A DNA stretch of 64,000 nt from contig CM075989.1 in the NCBI GenBank assembly GCA_038087875.1, positions 4,774,001 through 4,838,000 on the forward strand, in the 5' to 3' direction. A program made the position numbers and the translations under genes. Below the pieces are notes generated by a model. The model made no database searches. It was not told the origin of the DNA and worked only from the letters and a program-made list of their open reading frames with translations. The stretch comes from Malacoraja senta. Its lineage: Eukaryota. This document shows, in pieces, positions 1-13,679 of the stretch. Every line of letters begins with the position of its first letter. Position 1 is the stretch's first letter.

Positions 1-11
1 ATAATAGGAGA

Positions 12-176
12 GCTCGTACATCAGTGGTGAGTCTATCGAACAAGTCGGGTGTATGGAAGGCCTTAACTGTATGCAGCAGGAAACACTTTGGGTTCTCTCA
101 GACCATTTAACACTGCGCACTGTTAGGGCCTTCAATAAACCAATTTGTTCAATAGACTCACCACTGGTCTATGAGC
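12..176. repeat. Old MITE-like inverted repeat (~32-bp arms)
   Basis: gctcgtacatcagtggtgagtctatcgaacaa (12-43) is the near reverse complement of ttgttcaatagactcaccactggtctatgagc (145-176). Confidence 0.55.
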
Positions 177-319
177 CGTTTAATTTTATGTCTGTGCCTA
201 TCTGAGTAAAGCCAGATACAGGGTAGGGTGGAGCACACAATTCTTGTCTTCATATTGATATTAATCATTTAAAAGAGAGATTTGTAAAAACAGACAGCAG
301 AACAGGTTACATGAAGCTG

Positions 320-745
320 TACCTAAACCTGGTGGGACGTGCTTTCAAGCTTGTGTATCTTCTGCCCGATGGGAGATAGAATAAGAGGGACTGACCAGGG
401 TGGAAAAGGTCCTTGATTGTGTCAATTGTATTTCCAAGGCATCGTGAAGTGTAGATAGATTTGATGGTGGGGAGTCTGGTCTATATGACGGTCTGGGCTA
501 CATCCACTAACTCTCTGAAATTTCTTGCAGACTTGGGCAGTGGTGTTGCCAAACCAAGCTGTGATTCATCCTGCTAGGATGCTTTCTACATTGCATCTGT
601 AGGAGTTGATGAGAGTAATTGGAGTGATACCAAACCAGCCTGTGATGCAGCCCGGCAGGATGCTTTGTGCGGTGCTTCTGCAAAAGCCGCTAAAGTCCAT
701 TAGAAATATGCTGAACTTCCTTAATCTTCTGAAGAAGAGGAGTTT
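320..745 (-). mobile_element. Degenerate Rex/Babar-type LINE 3' fragment
   Basis: Minus-strand translation LLFFRRLRKFS...SILPGCITGWFG resembles the Rex RT C-terminal region. Confidence 0.6.
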
Positions 746-954
746 TAGTGTCATCCGCAAATTTGTCAACCAATCTCAATCTAATGAAATCTGTTCAAAA
801 AGTCTGAGGCAAGCGAGTTTTAAGATGCAGTTCAAAGTTATACCTTCTTTACTTGCACCATTAATACACTCTGAATTTTCCCTATCATCCTATTTGTCAT
901 TTAACCTCCCCTTTCCAATGAAACATGATTATTATCGAGATGTCCACAGTGTAC

Positions 955-3440
955 ATAGATACATAGATACATAAAAAATAGGTGCAGGAGTAGGCCATTC
1001 GGCCCTTCGAGCCTGCACCGCCATTCAATATGATCATGGCTGATCATCCAACTCAGTATCCGTACCTGCCTTCTCTCCATACCCCCTGATCCCTTTAGCC
1101 ACAAGGGCCACATCTAACTCCCTCTTAAATATAGCCAATGAACTGGCCTCAACTACCCTCTGTGGCAGAGAGTTCCAGAGATTCACCACTCTCTGTGTGA
1201 AAACGTTTTTTCTCATCTCGGTCTTAAAGGATTTCCCCCTTATCCTTAAGCTGTGACCCCTTGTCCTGGACTTCCCCAACATCGGGAACAATCTTCCTGC
1301 ATCTAGCCTGTCCAACCCCATAAGAATTTTGTACGTTTCTATAAGATCCCCTCTCAATCTCCTAGATTCTAGCGAGTATAAGCCAAGTCTATCCAGTCTT
1401 TCTTCATATGAAAGTCCTGACATCCCAGGAATCAGTCTGGTGAACCTTCTCTGCACTCCCTCTATGGCTATAATGTCCTTCCTCAGATATGGACACCAAA
1501 ACTGTACGCAATACTCCAGGTGTGGTCTCACCAAGACCCTGTACAACTGCAGTAGAACCTCCCTGCTCCTATACTCAAATCCTTTTGCTATGAAAGCTAA
1601 CATACCATTCGCTTTCTTCACTGCCTGCTGCACCTGCATGCCTACTTTCAATGACTGGTGTACCACGACACCCAGGTCTCGCTGCATCTCCCCTTTTCCT
1701 AATCGGCCACCATATAGATAATCGTCTGCTTTCCTGTTTTTGCCACCAAAGTGGATAACCTCACATTTATCCACATTATACTGCATCTGCCAAACATTTG
1801 CCCACTCACCCAGCCTATCCAAGTCACCTTGCAGTCTCCTAGCATCCTCCTCACAGCTAACACTGCCCCTCAGCTTAGTGTCATCCGCAAACTTGGAGAT
1901 GTTGCCTTCAATTCCCTCATCCAGCTCATTAATATAAATTGTAAATAGCTGGGGTCCCAGCACTGAGCCTTGCGGTACCCCACTAGTCACTGCCTGCCAT
2001 TGTGAAAAGGATCCGTTTACTCCTACTCTTTGCTTCCTGTTTGCCAGCCAGTTCTCTATCCACATCAATACTGAACCCCCAATACCGTGTGCTTTAAGTT
2101 TGTATACTAATCTCTTATGTGGGACCTTGTCGAAAGCCTTCTGAAAGTCCAGATACAACACATCCACTGGTTCTCCCCTATCCACTCTACTAGTTACATC
2201 CTCGAAAAATTCTATAAGATTCGTCAGACATGATTTACCTTTCGTAAATCCATGCTGACTTTGTCCAATGATTTCACCACTTTTCAAATGTGCTGCTATC
2301 CCATCTTTAATAACTGACTCTAGCAGTTTCCCCACTACAGATGTTAGACTAACAGGTCTGTAATTCCCCGTTTTCTCTCTCCCTCCCTTCTTAAAAAGTG
2401 GGGTTACGTTTGCTACTCTCCAATCCTCAGGAACTACTCCAGAATCTAAAGAGTTTTGAAAAATTATCACTAATGCATCCACTATTTCTGGAGCTACTTC
2501 CTTAAGTACTCTGGGATGCAGCCTATCTGGCCCTGGTGATTTATCAGCCTTTAATCCATTCAATTTACCCAACACCACTTCCCGACTAACCTGGATTTCA
2601 CTCAGTTCCTCCATCTCCTTTGACCCGCGGTCCCCTGCTATTTCCGGCAGATTATTTATGTCTTCCTTAGTGAAGACAGAACCAAAGTAGTTATTCAATT
2701 GGTCGGCCATATCCTTGTTCCCCATGATCAATTCACCTGTTTCTGACTGCAAGGGACCTACATTTGTTTTAACTAATCTCTTTCTCTTCACATATCTATA
2801 AAAACATTTGCAGTCAGTTTTTATGTTCCCTGCCAGTTTTCTTTCATAATCTATGTTCCCTATCCTAATTAAGCCCTTTGTCCTCCTCTGCTGGTCTCTG
2901 AATTTCTCCCAGTCCTCTGGTATGCTGCTTTTTCTGGCTAATTTGTACGCATCATCTTTTGCTTTGATACTATCCCTGATTTCCCTTGTTATCCACGGAT
3001 GCACTACCTTCCCTGATTTATTCTTTTGCCAAACTGGGATGAACAATTTTTGTAGTTCATCCATGCAGTCTTTAAATGCCTTCCATTGCATATCCACCGT
3101 CAACCCTTTAAAACTAATTGCCAGTCAATCTTGGCCAATTCACGTCTCATACCCTCAAAGTTACCTTTCTTTAAGTTCAGAACCGTTGTTTCTGAATTAA
3201 CAATGTCACTCCCCATCCTAATGAAGAACTCAACCATATTATGGTCATTCTTGCCCAAGGGGGCACGCACAACAAGACTGCTAACTAACCCTTCCTCATT
3301 ACTCAATACCCAGTCTAGAATAGCCTGCTCTCTCGTTGGTTCCTCTACATGTTGGTATAGATAACTATCCCGCATACATTCCAAGAAATCCTCTTCCTCA
3401 GCACCCCTGCCAATTTGATTCACCCAATCTATATGTAGAT
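955..3440 (-). mobile_element. CR1 LINE, 5'-truncated, young; ORF2 endonuclease end plus reverse transcriptase
   Basis: ORF 1034-3103 (689 aa) with NYRPVSLTS, YLDFQKAFDKV, GVPQGSVLGP, KFADDTKL; frameshifted upstream ORF 3100-3423 (PTREQAILDWV, DHNMV); short-repeat 3' tail at ~955-975. Confidence 0.95.
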
Positions 3441-3579
3441 ACAGGGTAAAGGGAATAAAGCTTAGTCGAAGATAAAGTCCAATAAAGTCTGATTAAAGAT
3501 AGTCTGCGGGTCTCCAATGAGGTGGATGTTAGCTTAGGACCATTCTCTAGTTGTTCAGAGGATGGTCAGTTGCATAACT

Positions 3580-4040
3580 AGTCCATATTCCAGGCCTAAA
3601 CAGGCCCTATCCCCAAACTCTTTCTCACTACATCGACGACTGCATCGGGGCTGCCTCCTGCACCCATGCAGAACGCATGTATTTCATTAGCTCTACCACT
3701 AACTTGCACCCTGCCCTCAAATTCACCTGGACTATCTCTAACATCTCTCATCCCATTCTTGATATTTCTGTCTCTATCACAGGAGACAGGCTATTAACTG
3801 ATGTCTATTATAAACCTAACGACTCCAACACTTACCTGTATACACTTCTTGGAAGCACTATTCCTTACTTTCAATTCCTTCATCTCCACTCCATCTGCTT
3901 CTAAGATGGGACTTTTCATTCCAAGACATCCGAGATGTCCTCATCCTTTAGTAAACATGGTTATCCCCCTTTCTGTCATAGATGCATCCCTCCCCCACGT
4001 CTGTGTCCCATAGCTGTGCTCTTGCTCCCCCACCCCCCAG
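3580..4040 (+). mobile_element. Penelope-like element RT fragment (degenerate)
   Basis: Translates to YIDDCIGAASCTH...LHPALKFTWTIS...LDISVSITGDRLLTDVYYKPNDS, typical PLE RT motifs. Confidence 0.8.
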
Positions 4041-4042
4041 TA

Positions 4043-4795
4043 GTTATAGGGGTAATCTTAAGCAAAGATATTAGGGTTACTTCCATGTCTAGATTCTGTG
4101 TGTTTTGAAAAATGTCCACTATTCACTGCACATAACCAGACTTGGGCGATGACAGCTTTTGTAGTCGAGTGCCTCCTTTCATCAGCCTTTGAGTCAGGCC
4201 ATATTGGGCAATCCTTCTACTTGAGATCTTTAATAAAGCCTAACGCTGTCAAAGTTCTTGAGTGATTTGACAGCCTGGGTGAATTCAGTATGATAGTCCG
4301 AGGGTCCCCGATCAGGTAGATAGTAGTTTGGGACTGCTCTACCCTACTAGATAGGTGCAGGTGAAGACTGTAGACAGCTTGCTCACATACTTGTCTCACA
4401 GAAGTCCCACAGCCAAGACTTGAGCTCACAATTCACAAGCTTTTACTCCAGTGCAGTAGAGGTTCTGCCTTTGGATGAAGCATTAGAACATGACTCTCTC
4501 TACTGTCTCAAGTGGGTAGGAGAGATCCCTTGGCCCAATTTTGAAGAAGTTCACTGAAGTTATTCACAATATTCCAACAAAAATGTATCCTTCCATCTTT
4601 CTTACATTATTGATTTTTTTATTTATGATCTATTATCTATGTGTATTGTGCTAGAGGATGCTTATGCTGCCACAAGTAAGGATTTTGTTGTTCTGTTGTT
4701 GGTACATATGACAATTCAATACTCATGTATTTACTCAAAAACAGATCTAACACGTTGCTTACTATGCAAACTTGCCTACAAATTACCTGCCACGT
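4043..4795 (+). repeat. Local direct duplication, copy 1 (copy 2 at ~12652-13300)
   Basis: Long collinear matches, e.g. actattcactgcacataaccagacttgg, ttgagatctttaataaagcctaacgc and ctcacagaagtcccacagccaagac in both copies. Confidence 0.9.
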
Positions 4796-5078
4796 AGCGG
4801 ATAGCGCTGCTGCCTCACTGCACAAGACACTCGGGTTCAATCACAGCCATGGATGGAATATGTACTTTCTCCCCGTGACTGCATAGGTTTGCTGCTGGTG
4901 CTCCAGTTCCCTCCCACTCTCTGAAGACGTACAGGAATGTAGGCTAATTGTCTTTGTTAGCATAGTAAATTGTCCCCAGAGTGTGTTGGACAGTGCTAGT
5001 GTGCAGGGATCACTGGTCGGCCCGGACTCGGTGGGCCGATGGGCCTGTTTCTGCGCTGCATCTCTAAACTAAACAAAA
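4790..5078 (+). mobile_element. tRNA-derived V-SINE (HE1-like), degenerate
   Basis: tRNA-like head, V-domain-like core, CR1-like tail gggcctgtttctgcgctgcatctctaaactaaac. Confidence 0.75.
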
Positions 5079-5079
5079 C

Positions 5080-5580
5080 CTGCACACAATCAAAATGTGG
5101 ATTATAGAAATGACGGAGACATTAAATGTGGAAAGAATCAGATTTTCCCTGTTGGACAAACAGGAATTATTCGTTGGAACATGGTCTCCCTTTATTGATT
5201 ATTTAAAGGGTCAGAATGGTTTAGCACAAGAACCTGACTAACACTCGGGCTAAAGAATGGATGAAATGTTATACTCTGAAATGTACGAATATATCTCGAA
5301 CAAAGTTTTTAATCTTAATAAATGTTTCCATTCTTCTTTAACTATCTTTTTCTTTTCTGTTTTCTTTTTTTTTTTTTTTTTTTTTTTTTTTCTCTTTTCT
5401 TTCTTTACTTCATCTATCTTTTTAGTTCTATCTAGTTTAAAAAAAACAAAAAAAAAGGCAAAAGGTATTGGAGACAATGTAATAATAATTGACAATATTA
5501 TCAATTTAAAAATGTAAGACTGGTAATGATGATAATATGTTGTGTACTTATCTCCAATAAAAAAATATTTTCAAAAAAAG
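5080..5580 (+). mobile_element. L1 LINE 3' end (ORF2 C-terminus, 3'UTR, polyA signal)
   Basis: IKMWIIEMTETLNVERIRF...WSPFIDYLK resembles the L1 ORF2 end at 27210-27398; AATAAA near 5556 followed by an A-rich tail. Confidence 0.7.
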
Positions 5581-6957
5581 AATAATAAATATTTGATGTG
5601 GAATGTTTTATTTGACCTGCTGAGCATTTTTATTCTCATTCTGACTCCGTTGCCATGCTGTGAGAATGGAGAGGTTGAGAAGGAGTTTCTTCCCAGAGGC
5701 CATTAGGACTGTAAACTCCTATCCCTCCAGGGACTAACTTTACTGGAGCAAGTTACTGTTGCATGGTGTCTTTTTTAAATTGCTGTTTTTTGCCTTTTTC
5801 TTCCCTCCCACAAATATGTAATTTGTGAATATGTGATTCTGTTCCATTCTGTTTGTAGTTTGTATGTTTGTTTTTTGCACAATCCGCGAGCATTGCCACT
5901 TTTCATTTCACTGCACATCTCGTATGTGTATGTGACGAATAAACTTGACTTGACTTGACTTGAATTCTTCCATGTTTTGATTGCTGCGTTGAGATGTTTG
6001 GGATAAATGAGATGGAGCAAAATGGAGACTTGCTTTGTTCCACCAACAAATCACAAATCTGGAACAAATATGGAAAGCTTGAAACAAAGATGTTTTTTTT
6101 ATTATTCATGTATTGGCTGGAAAAGGTTTGCATCAAACAATAAATATAGCTTGCAAAAATCACAGGAAACATTGCCTTGATCACAGTGAGAAACCATAGG
6201 GGTGCCCACCCAACTTCGATCCAGCTTAAAGTATAACTCGCTAGTCCACATTTTTACCTAGCCAATTGCACAGAAGAATCGGGAGGACAATCAAAAGATA
6301 AAATCATTTTACGCTGATACGGGTCTCAGTAAGGGAAATATGAGACCAAGTGATTAGAGATGAATTCTACCTCGATCGTCTGGTAGGATTTATCACAATG
6401 CTCTTTCAGGCAATGAACCAAAGTCTTGATTCATTGCCAACGACTCCATTTTGTTCTGTAATATTCTGTAACGTCATATTTCAAGTTCAAGTTTAAATTC
6501 GCATTTATTGTTACTTAACCATTTAAGGTACAGTGAAATTTGAGTCGTTTTGCAAAGTTCTGCATCAATGCTCTGGCTTTTGCGTGAAGTGACAATGATT
6601 AAGAACTTTGCAGTTATATAGTCACAGAGTCTTACCGACTGGAAACAAGCCCTTTGCCCCAACATGCCCACACTGGCCAACATGTCCCATCTTCGCTAGT
6701 TGACAATAGAATTGGTAACGTGGGCAGCAGAGAGGAAGAAAATCGTACCCGGCAGAAGATTTTAATTAATTGGTCGAGTGGGCAAGTTAAATGAGATTTT
6801 TAAGAAGCAGACGAAATGGTGAATGCTTCGGGATGTGTACATTCACCATTTGACCGTCTTTGGTCGCACGGAAACAAGTTGTGCGACCAGCAATCACCCC
6901 GCACACTAACGCTATCTTACACACTAGGGTAATTTATAGTCTTATGAAAGCCAATTA

Positions 6958-8920
6958 AGTCAAGTCAAGTCAAGTCACATTTATTTATATAGCACATTAA
7001 AAAACAACTCTCGTTGGCCAAAGTGCTTTACATTTGTTATAAGAATAGCACAACAAAACAAACTACATTCATATATACATGTAGCCCTCACTCAGAGGAC
7101 GCCAGGAAAGGCTTGGGAGTATAGATAAGTGTTTAGTCTTGACTTAAAAGAGTCGATGGAGGGGGCAGTTCTGATGGGAAAGGGGATGCTGTTCCACAGT
7201 CTAGGGGCTGCAACCGCAAAGGCGCGGTCGCCCCTGAGCTTATGCCTAGACCGTGGGATATTCAGCAACCCCAAGTCGGCCGATCTGAGGGGCCTGGAGG
7301 TGGAGTGGTGGGTGAGAAGACTTTTTATGTAGGTGGGGGAAAACCCATTGAGGGCTTTGTAGACATGGAGGGGATCTTGAAGTTTATACGGAACCGCACA
7401 GGGAGCCAGTGGAGAGAGGCCAGGATCGGGGTGATGTGGTCCCTTTTTCGGGTGCCCGTCAGGAATCTCGCTGCGGCGTTTTGGACCAGTTGCAGGCGGG
7501 ACAGGGAAGATTGGCTGATGCCAGTGTAAAGGGAGTTGCATTAATCTAGGCGGGAGGAGATGAATGTGTGGATGATCTTTTCCAGGTCATCAAACTGGAG
7601 GAATTGTTTTATTTTAGCTATCGTCCGAAGCTGAAAGAAGCTAGCTTTTACCACGGCATTGACTTGTTTGTCAAATTTCAGTGCTGAGTCAAATATCACG
7701 CCAAGGTTTTTGACGTGAGGTTTGAGTAGTGGGGTAAGGCTTCCAAGGCTGCCTGCTATCATTTTGATTGAGTCCGAGGGGCCGAGAAGGATGACCTCAG
7801 ACTTACTCTTGTTTAGTTGGAGGAAGTTCTGGGCCATCCAACACTTTATATCCTCGAGGCAGTGGGTAAGGTTAAACAAATTTGATTGGTTTTTGGGCTT
7901 CAGGGGGAGATAGAGTTGTGTATCGTCTGCGTAGCAATGGAAGGAAATGCCGTGCCTTTCAATGACTTGGCCTAAGGGGAGCATATACAGGGAGAAGAGA
8001 ATGGGGCCAAGGATGGAACCTTGTGGAACCCCACAGCAGAGATTAGCTGGGGAGGAGAATGAGTTGCCTATGTTAGTCGAGAAACTCCTACCTTTGAGGT
8101 AGGAGATGAACCAGCTCAGGGCAGTGCCATCAATACCAACCCCGTACCGGAGACGGTCAATTAGGATGGTGTGGTCGACATTATCAAATGCTGCGCTGAG
8201 GTCAAGAAGGAGCAGAATTGCACAGTCGCCGGAGTCAACGGTGAGCAGAGGTCTTGGTGTACCTTCAACAAGGCAGACTCTGTGCTATGGTGAGCCCTGA
8301 AACCTGATTGGAAAGTTTCCAAGATAGTTGTTTTGGTGAAGGTAAGGTATAAGTTGACTTAAAATTACCTTTTCAAAGGCTTTTGAGAGGAAAGGCAGTT
8401 TAGAAATGGGTCTGTAGTTGCTTGGCAAGGTGGGGTCGAGGTTAGGTTTTTCAGGAGTGGTTGGACCACCGCATGCTTGAAGCAGGTAGGTACAGTGCCA
8501 ATGGCCAGAGAGCTGTTGAAGATGGCGAGGATGCTGGGACCGGCTGTTGTAATGACGTCCTTTAGGAGGGCAGAGGGGACAGTGTCGAGGGGGCAGGTAG
8601 TAGGTTTCATGGTGGTGATCAGTTTTACAAGGGAGGGTAGAGTAACGGGTTGGAACTGTCTAATTTTGAAGAGCAGACCAATGAGACAGCCAGGTCACGG
8701 GTGGGAGGGGAAATATTCGTTCTTATATTCTTTACCTTGCTGGTGAAAAATGTGGTAAATTCCTCGCACTTAGCAGGGGACCCAGTTAGGCTGGTGCTGG
8801 TGGCAGGACAGATGATGGAGGTGATGGTGCTAAATAGGACCTTGGAATTTTGCGTGTTTTTGGAGATACGAGTGGAAAAATATTTAGTTCTTGCAGATTT
8901 TACTGCTTCCTGGTATTTGT
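6958..8920 (-). mobile_element. L2 LINE, 5'-truncated, frameshifted RT
   Basis: FHCYADDTQLYL, LLDLSAAFD, AFAVAAPRLWNSIP motifs; (tcaag)n tail at 6958-6978. Confidence 0.9.
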
Positions 8921-9369
8921 CCTACAATTAACCTACAAACCTGTGCAGCTTTGGAGTGCGGGAGGAAACCGGAGCACCATGAGACAACCCAGGTGGTTTA
9001 CAGGGAGAAAATGCAAACTCCATACAGACAGCACCGATAGTCAGGATCGAACCCGGGTCTCTGACGCCGTGCCTCTGTGCCGCCCCCGCACCACTTTGTG
9101 GGCATCTAAAAGATCATAGAGCAAAGAGCAGTACAGGAACAAACCCTTTTGTTCACATTGTCTATGCCGAACCTGATGGCAAGATTAATAAAACTCATAT
9201 AAAACATAGAACAGTTGACTAAATATTTAAGCGGTAGTTAGGAGAATTGAGCAAAGATTGCCCTGCTTTCCAGCCATTCTAGCACCAGACTATGCAGTGT
9301 TTCCATCTGGCATCAGGTAGATAGAGCGGTGAAGAAGGCTTTTGGCACACTGACCTTCGGCAGTCAGTA

Positions 9370-9990
9370 TTATCCCACTACTAACCACATCTTTCCATCT
9401 CCACCCCTTTCTGCTTTCCGCAGAGAAAGTTACCCTCCGCAACTCCCTGGTCTTCTCGTCCCTTCCCACCCAAACCACCCCTTCCCCAGGTACTTTCTCC
9501 TGCAACCGCAGGAGATGCAACACCTGTCCCTATACCTTCCCCCTCGACCGTCCAAGGACCCCGACAGTCTTTTCTGGTGAGGCAGTGGTTCACTTGCACC
9601 TCCTCCAACCTCATCTGCTCTATCCGCTGTTCCAGGTGTGGACTCCAGTAAATCGGCGAGACCAAGCGCAGGCGATCGTTTCGCTGAACACCTCAGTCCG
9701 CTCGGTCTGCCTAAACCTACCTGAACTCCTGGTTGCTCAACACTTTAACTCCCCCTCCCATTCCCAAACTGACCTTTCTGTCCGGGGCCTCCTCCATTGT
9801 CAGAGTGAGGCCCCAGCACAAAATGGAGGAACAGCGACCTCATATTTCGCTTTGGAAGCTTACACCCGAGCGGTATGAACATTGACTTCTCTAACTTTAA
9901 GTAGCCCTTGCTTTCCCTCTCTCTCCATCCCCTCCCCCTTCCCAGTTCTCCCACCAGTCTTACTGTCTCCGACTACATTTTATCTCTGTA
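9370..9990 (+). mobile_element. Penelope-like element GIY-YIG endonuclease / 3' fragment
   Basis: Diverged homolog of 52872-53600 (FTCTSSNLI...GETKRR...VAQHFNSPSH). Confidence 0.85.
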
Positions 9991-11165
9991 CCTCCCACTC
10001 CCCTGACATTAGTCTTTGTAATGTGGGAGGAAGCCGGAGCACCCAGGGAAAACCCATGCAGCAACAGGGAGAACGTGCAAACTCCACACAGACAGCACCC
10101 GAGGACAGGATCAAACCCGGGTATCTACCGCTGCGTCACCGTGCTGCCCGCTTCTTAATCATCTTTCCCCTCTCACCTTATGTTCTTTGCTCAACGTAGT
10201 TTAACACCTGAGTTTTCACAAGAATGCAAGGTCGTCCTTAATGATTATGAAGTTACAGCATTATATGACACAGAATGGTACAGCACGGGAACAGGCCCTT
10301 CGGCCCACAATTTCCATGCCAAACATGATGTCAATTTAAACTAACATCTTCTGCCTGCACGTGATCCGTATCCCTCCATTTCCTGCATATCCATGTGCCC
10401 ATCCAAAAGCCTCTTAAACACATCATTGTGGTAACTGCCTCCACCACCATCCCTGGCAGTGCGTTCTAGGCACCCACTACCCTTTGTGTAAAAAGAACTT
10501 GCCCTGCTCATCTCCTTTAACTTATAGTCCTTTCTTCCTCTGGTCAATCTGATATGAATATCTCGCATTGCGTGTTGCCACCCTGTTTGGTTGTCTTGCT
10601 TTGTTTCCATATCAGCATATCATTATCAGAGCAAAGAACCCTGCAGAATGATCAGTCTCTGGTTGACTGCAGCAATCTCTGGAATTTAACTGTTTTATTT
10701 TGACTGTTTTAGAATCTGCTACGTTTACTGATAATGATATATCCCGGCAGAATTGAGATAATTGCAAAATTCACCTTCTCTTAATAGAAGGTAGACAAAA
10801 ATGCTGGAGAAACTCAGCGGGTGAGGCAGCATCTATGGAAATCTCCTCAAGGTATGCCTACTTTGACGAAGTTCTCCTGCAAAATCTTCTCTTAATAGAG
10901 GTGACTTTCCTGTTGGAATTGAATAGGGATTGATTTTTCATGTATAAATTGGTGGGTTAATTGGCTGCTGTGAATATTGTGGTGGTGAGTGGTAGAATCC
11001 AGGGAAAGTTGCTGGGAACGTGGAGAAAATCAAATGGGATGAAGGAAAGAATAGTATATGTGGCCGGGATGGATTCAGTGGGCCGACGGGCCTGTTTCCG
11101 TGCTATATCTCTCTATGACTTGATGTAACTATTCTCCACTCACTGCAATTTAATCTCGGGTATTA

Positions 11166-11480
11166 AGGGCCTGTCCCACTGTACGAGCTAATTCAAGAGT
11201 TCTTCTGAGTTTCCCCTGATTCGAACTCGGAGAATTACGGTAATAGCCGCTCGGGGTACTCGGGGCTCTCGTGGACATTTTTCAACATGTTGAAAAATCT
11301 TCACGAGTCTTCATGAGCTTACCGCGTTTCCCGAGTACCTACCGTTAGCGTTACGAGCCGCTAAGAGACGTCCCGAGCTCTGACGTACCCGCTATGTACA
11401 TTCTACATGCTTGCCACGAGTTTGATATTTTTTAAAACTCGGGAGAGCTCTTGAATTACCTCGTACAGTGGACAGGCCCA
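11166..11480. mobile_element. Non-autonomous PIF/Harbinger MITE
   Basis: TIR AGGGCCTGTCCCACTGTACGAG...CTCGTACAGTGGACAGGCCCA; TTA on both flanks. Confidence 0.8.
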
Positions 11481-12324
11481 TTAACTCTGCCTCCATCGTA
11501 AAATATTGCAGCAGTTTTTGAAAAGCAAAAACCTGCAGATTCTGGATATCTTAAAGTAAACAGAAAATGTTGGAAATACCCATATCTGATAGGGCCACAC
11601 TTTATTACTGTTGTCCTGAATTTTTATTCCTGAATTGGGATCTGAAACAAAGATGGCATGCTCCGGCTAACATCTATTGCAGTTGGTTAATCATCAACAC
11701 CTTTTGATCGATTGATTAATTGAATGATACCGCATGGAAACAGGCCCTTTGACCCATTGAGTCCATGCTGACCATTGATCACCTGTTCACACTAGTTCCA
11801 TGTTATCCCATCTTCTCATCCACTCCCTACACACTAGTCACAATTTACTTTAAATTGAGGGCCAATTGACCTTAAAACCCATCACCTTTTGGGATGTGGG
11901 AGGAAACCCATGCAGTCACAGGGAGAACATGTAAATTCTTCGCAGAAAGATCATAGGATCATAATAGATAGGAGCGGAATTAGGCCATTCGGCCCATCAA
12001 GTCCAATCTGCCATTCAATCGGCTGATCTATCTCTCCCTCCTAACCCCATTCTCCTGCTTTCTCCCCGTAACCTCTAACACCCGTACAATGTAGCAAATG
12101 TAGCAAAGCAGCTGAGATTAGGATCAAGCCGGGGTCTTGCATTGTGAGGCAGCAGCTCTATCAGCTGTGCCTTTCTGCCATCCTAAAGGCAATGAGGGAC
12201 AGTAATATTTGTTGACTTTGAAGTTACTTTTAGATGCATGAACTAAGATTGCAGAACGACCTTCCTATTGCATAGAATTGTTATATTCTTTGTGGAGAGC
12301 TCTGCATCTGACCGGATCAGCGCT

Positions 12325-12635
12325 ATTTAGTTTAATTTTAGAGATACAGCGCGGAAACAGGCCCTTCGGCCCACAGAGTCCATGCCGCCCAGTGATTCCC
12401 CCCACACTCGCACTATCCTACACAGCAGGTACAATTTACAATTTTACTGAAACCAATTAACCTACAATAACCTGCACGTCTTTGGAATGTGGGAGAAAAC
12501 CGTAGCACCTGGAGGAAACCCACGCAGGTCACTGGGAGAACGTACAAACTCCGTACAAACAGCTCCCATAGCCAGGATTGAACCGGGGTTTCTGGCGACG
12601 TAAGGCAGTAACTCTACACTGTGCCACCATGCCGC
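12325..12635 (-). mobile_element. HE1-like V-SINE
   Basis: Complete reverse-complement SINE (tail, V-domain, tRNA head). Similar copies or fragments at ~8925-9095, 10015-10150, 11720-12180, 13300-13600, 22322-22670, 35910-36210, 40175-40370, 46505-46790. Confidence 0.8.
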
Positions 12636-12651
12636 TATTCTAACTTTAAAC

Positions 12652-13300
12652 GTTATAGGGGGGATCTTAAGCAAAGATTACTTCCAATATTTATTTTCTG
12701 TGCATTTTGAAATATGTTCACTATTCACTGCACATAACCAGACTTGGACACTGACAGATTTTGTAGTCGAGTGCCTCCTTTCATCAGTCTTTGAGTCGGG
12801 CCATATTGGATAATCCTTTTACTTGAGATCTTTAATAAAGCCTAACGCAGTCAAAGTTCTTGAGTTCTAGATAGGTGCAGGTGAAGACTGTAGACAGCTT
12901 GCTCACATACTTGTCTCACAGAAGTCCCACAGCCAAGACGTGAGCTCACAATTCACAAGCATTTGCTCCAGTGCAGTAGAGGTTCTGTCTTTGGATGAAG
13001 CATTAGTACTTGGCTCTGTCTACCGTCTCAAGTGGATAGGAGAGATCCCGTGGCCCAATTTTGAAGAAGTTCACTGAAGTTATTCACAACATTCCAAAAT
13101 GTATCCTTCCATCTTTCTTAAATTATTGATTTTTTGTTCATGATCTATTATCTATGTGTATTGTGCTAGAGGATGATTATGCTGCCACAAGTAAGGATTT
13201 TGTTGTTCTGTTGTTGGTACATATGACAATTCAATACTCTGAGTAAAACAGATCTAACACGTTGCTTATTATGCAAACTAGCCTACAAATTACCTGCCAC
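12652..13300 (+). repeat. Local direct duplication, copy 2
   Basis: Matches 4043-4795 but lacks the ~84-bp segment at ~4263-4346. Confidence 0.9.
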
Positions 13301-13679
13301 ATTGGGTGTAGCGGGTAGAGCTGATGCTTCGATGTACAAGAGACTCGGAATGTGCACGTTCTCCCCGTGACTGTGTGGGTTTCCTCTGGGTGCTCCGGTT
13401 TCCTCCCACATTCCAACGACATGCAGCTTTGTAGGTGAATTGGTCTGGAATTTGCCCCAAGTGTGTACAGAGTGGGGTAAAATCTGGGGGTGGTTGATGA
13501 GATTAACGTTGTGTTAATGTGAACAGGTGATTATTGGTCAGCATGGCCTCGATGGGTCGAAGGGCTTGATTCCATGCCGTATGTCTCTATGACTCTCTAT
13601 TCCAGCTGTGCCTACAATTCTGAAACACACTATGGGCTGCAAACCACTTTGAGATATCCTGAGAGGGTCATGAAAGTTA

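Noticed and set aside
566..769. ORF starting MTNLR, reminiscent of the RHCG N-terminus (TICRR neighbour in mammals)
   Set aside because: It continues as LLFFRRLRKFS...GCITGW, a Rex-type LINE RT tail; no RHCG exon was recognised in the window.
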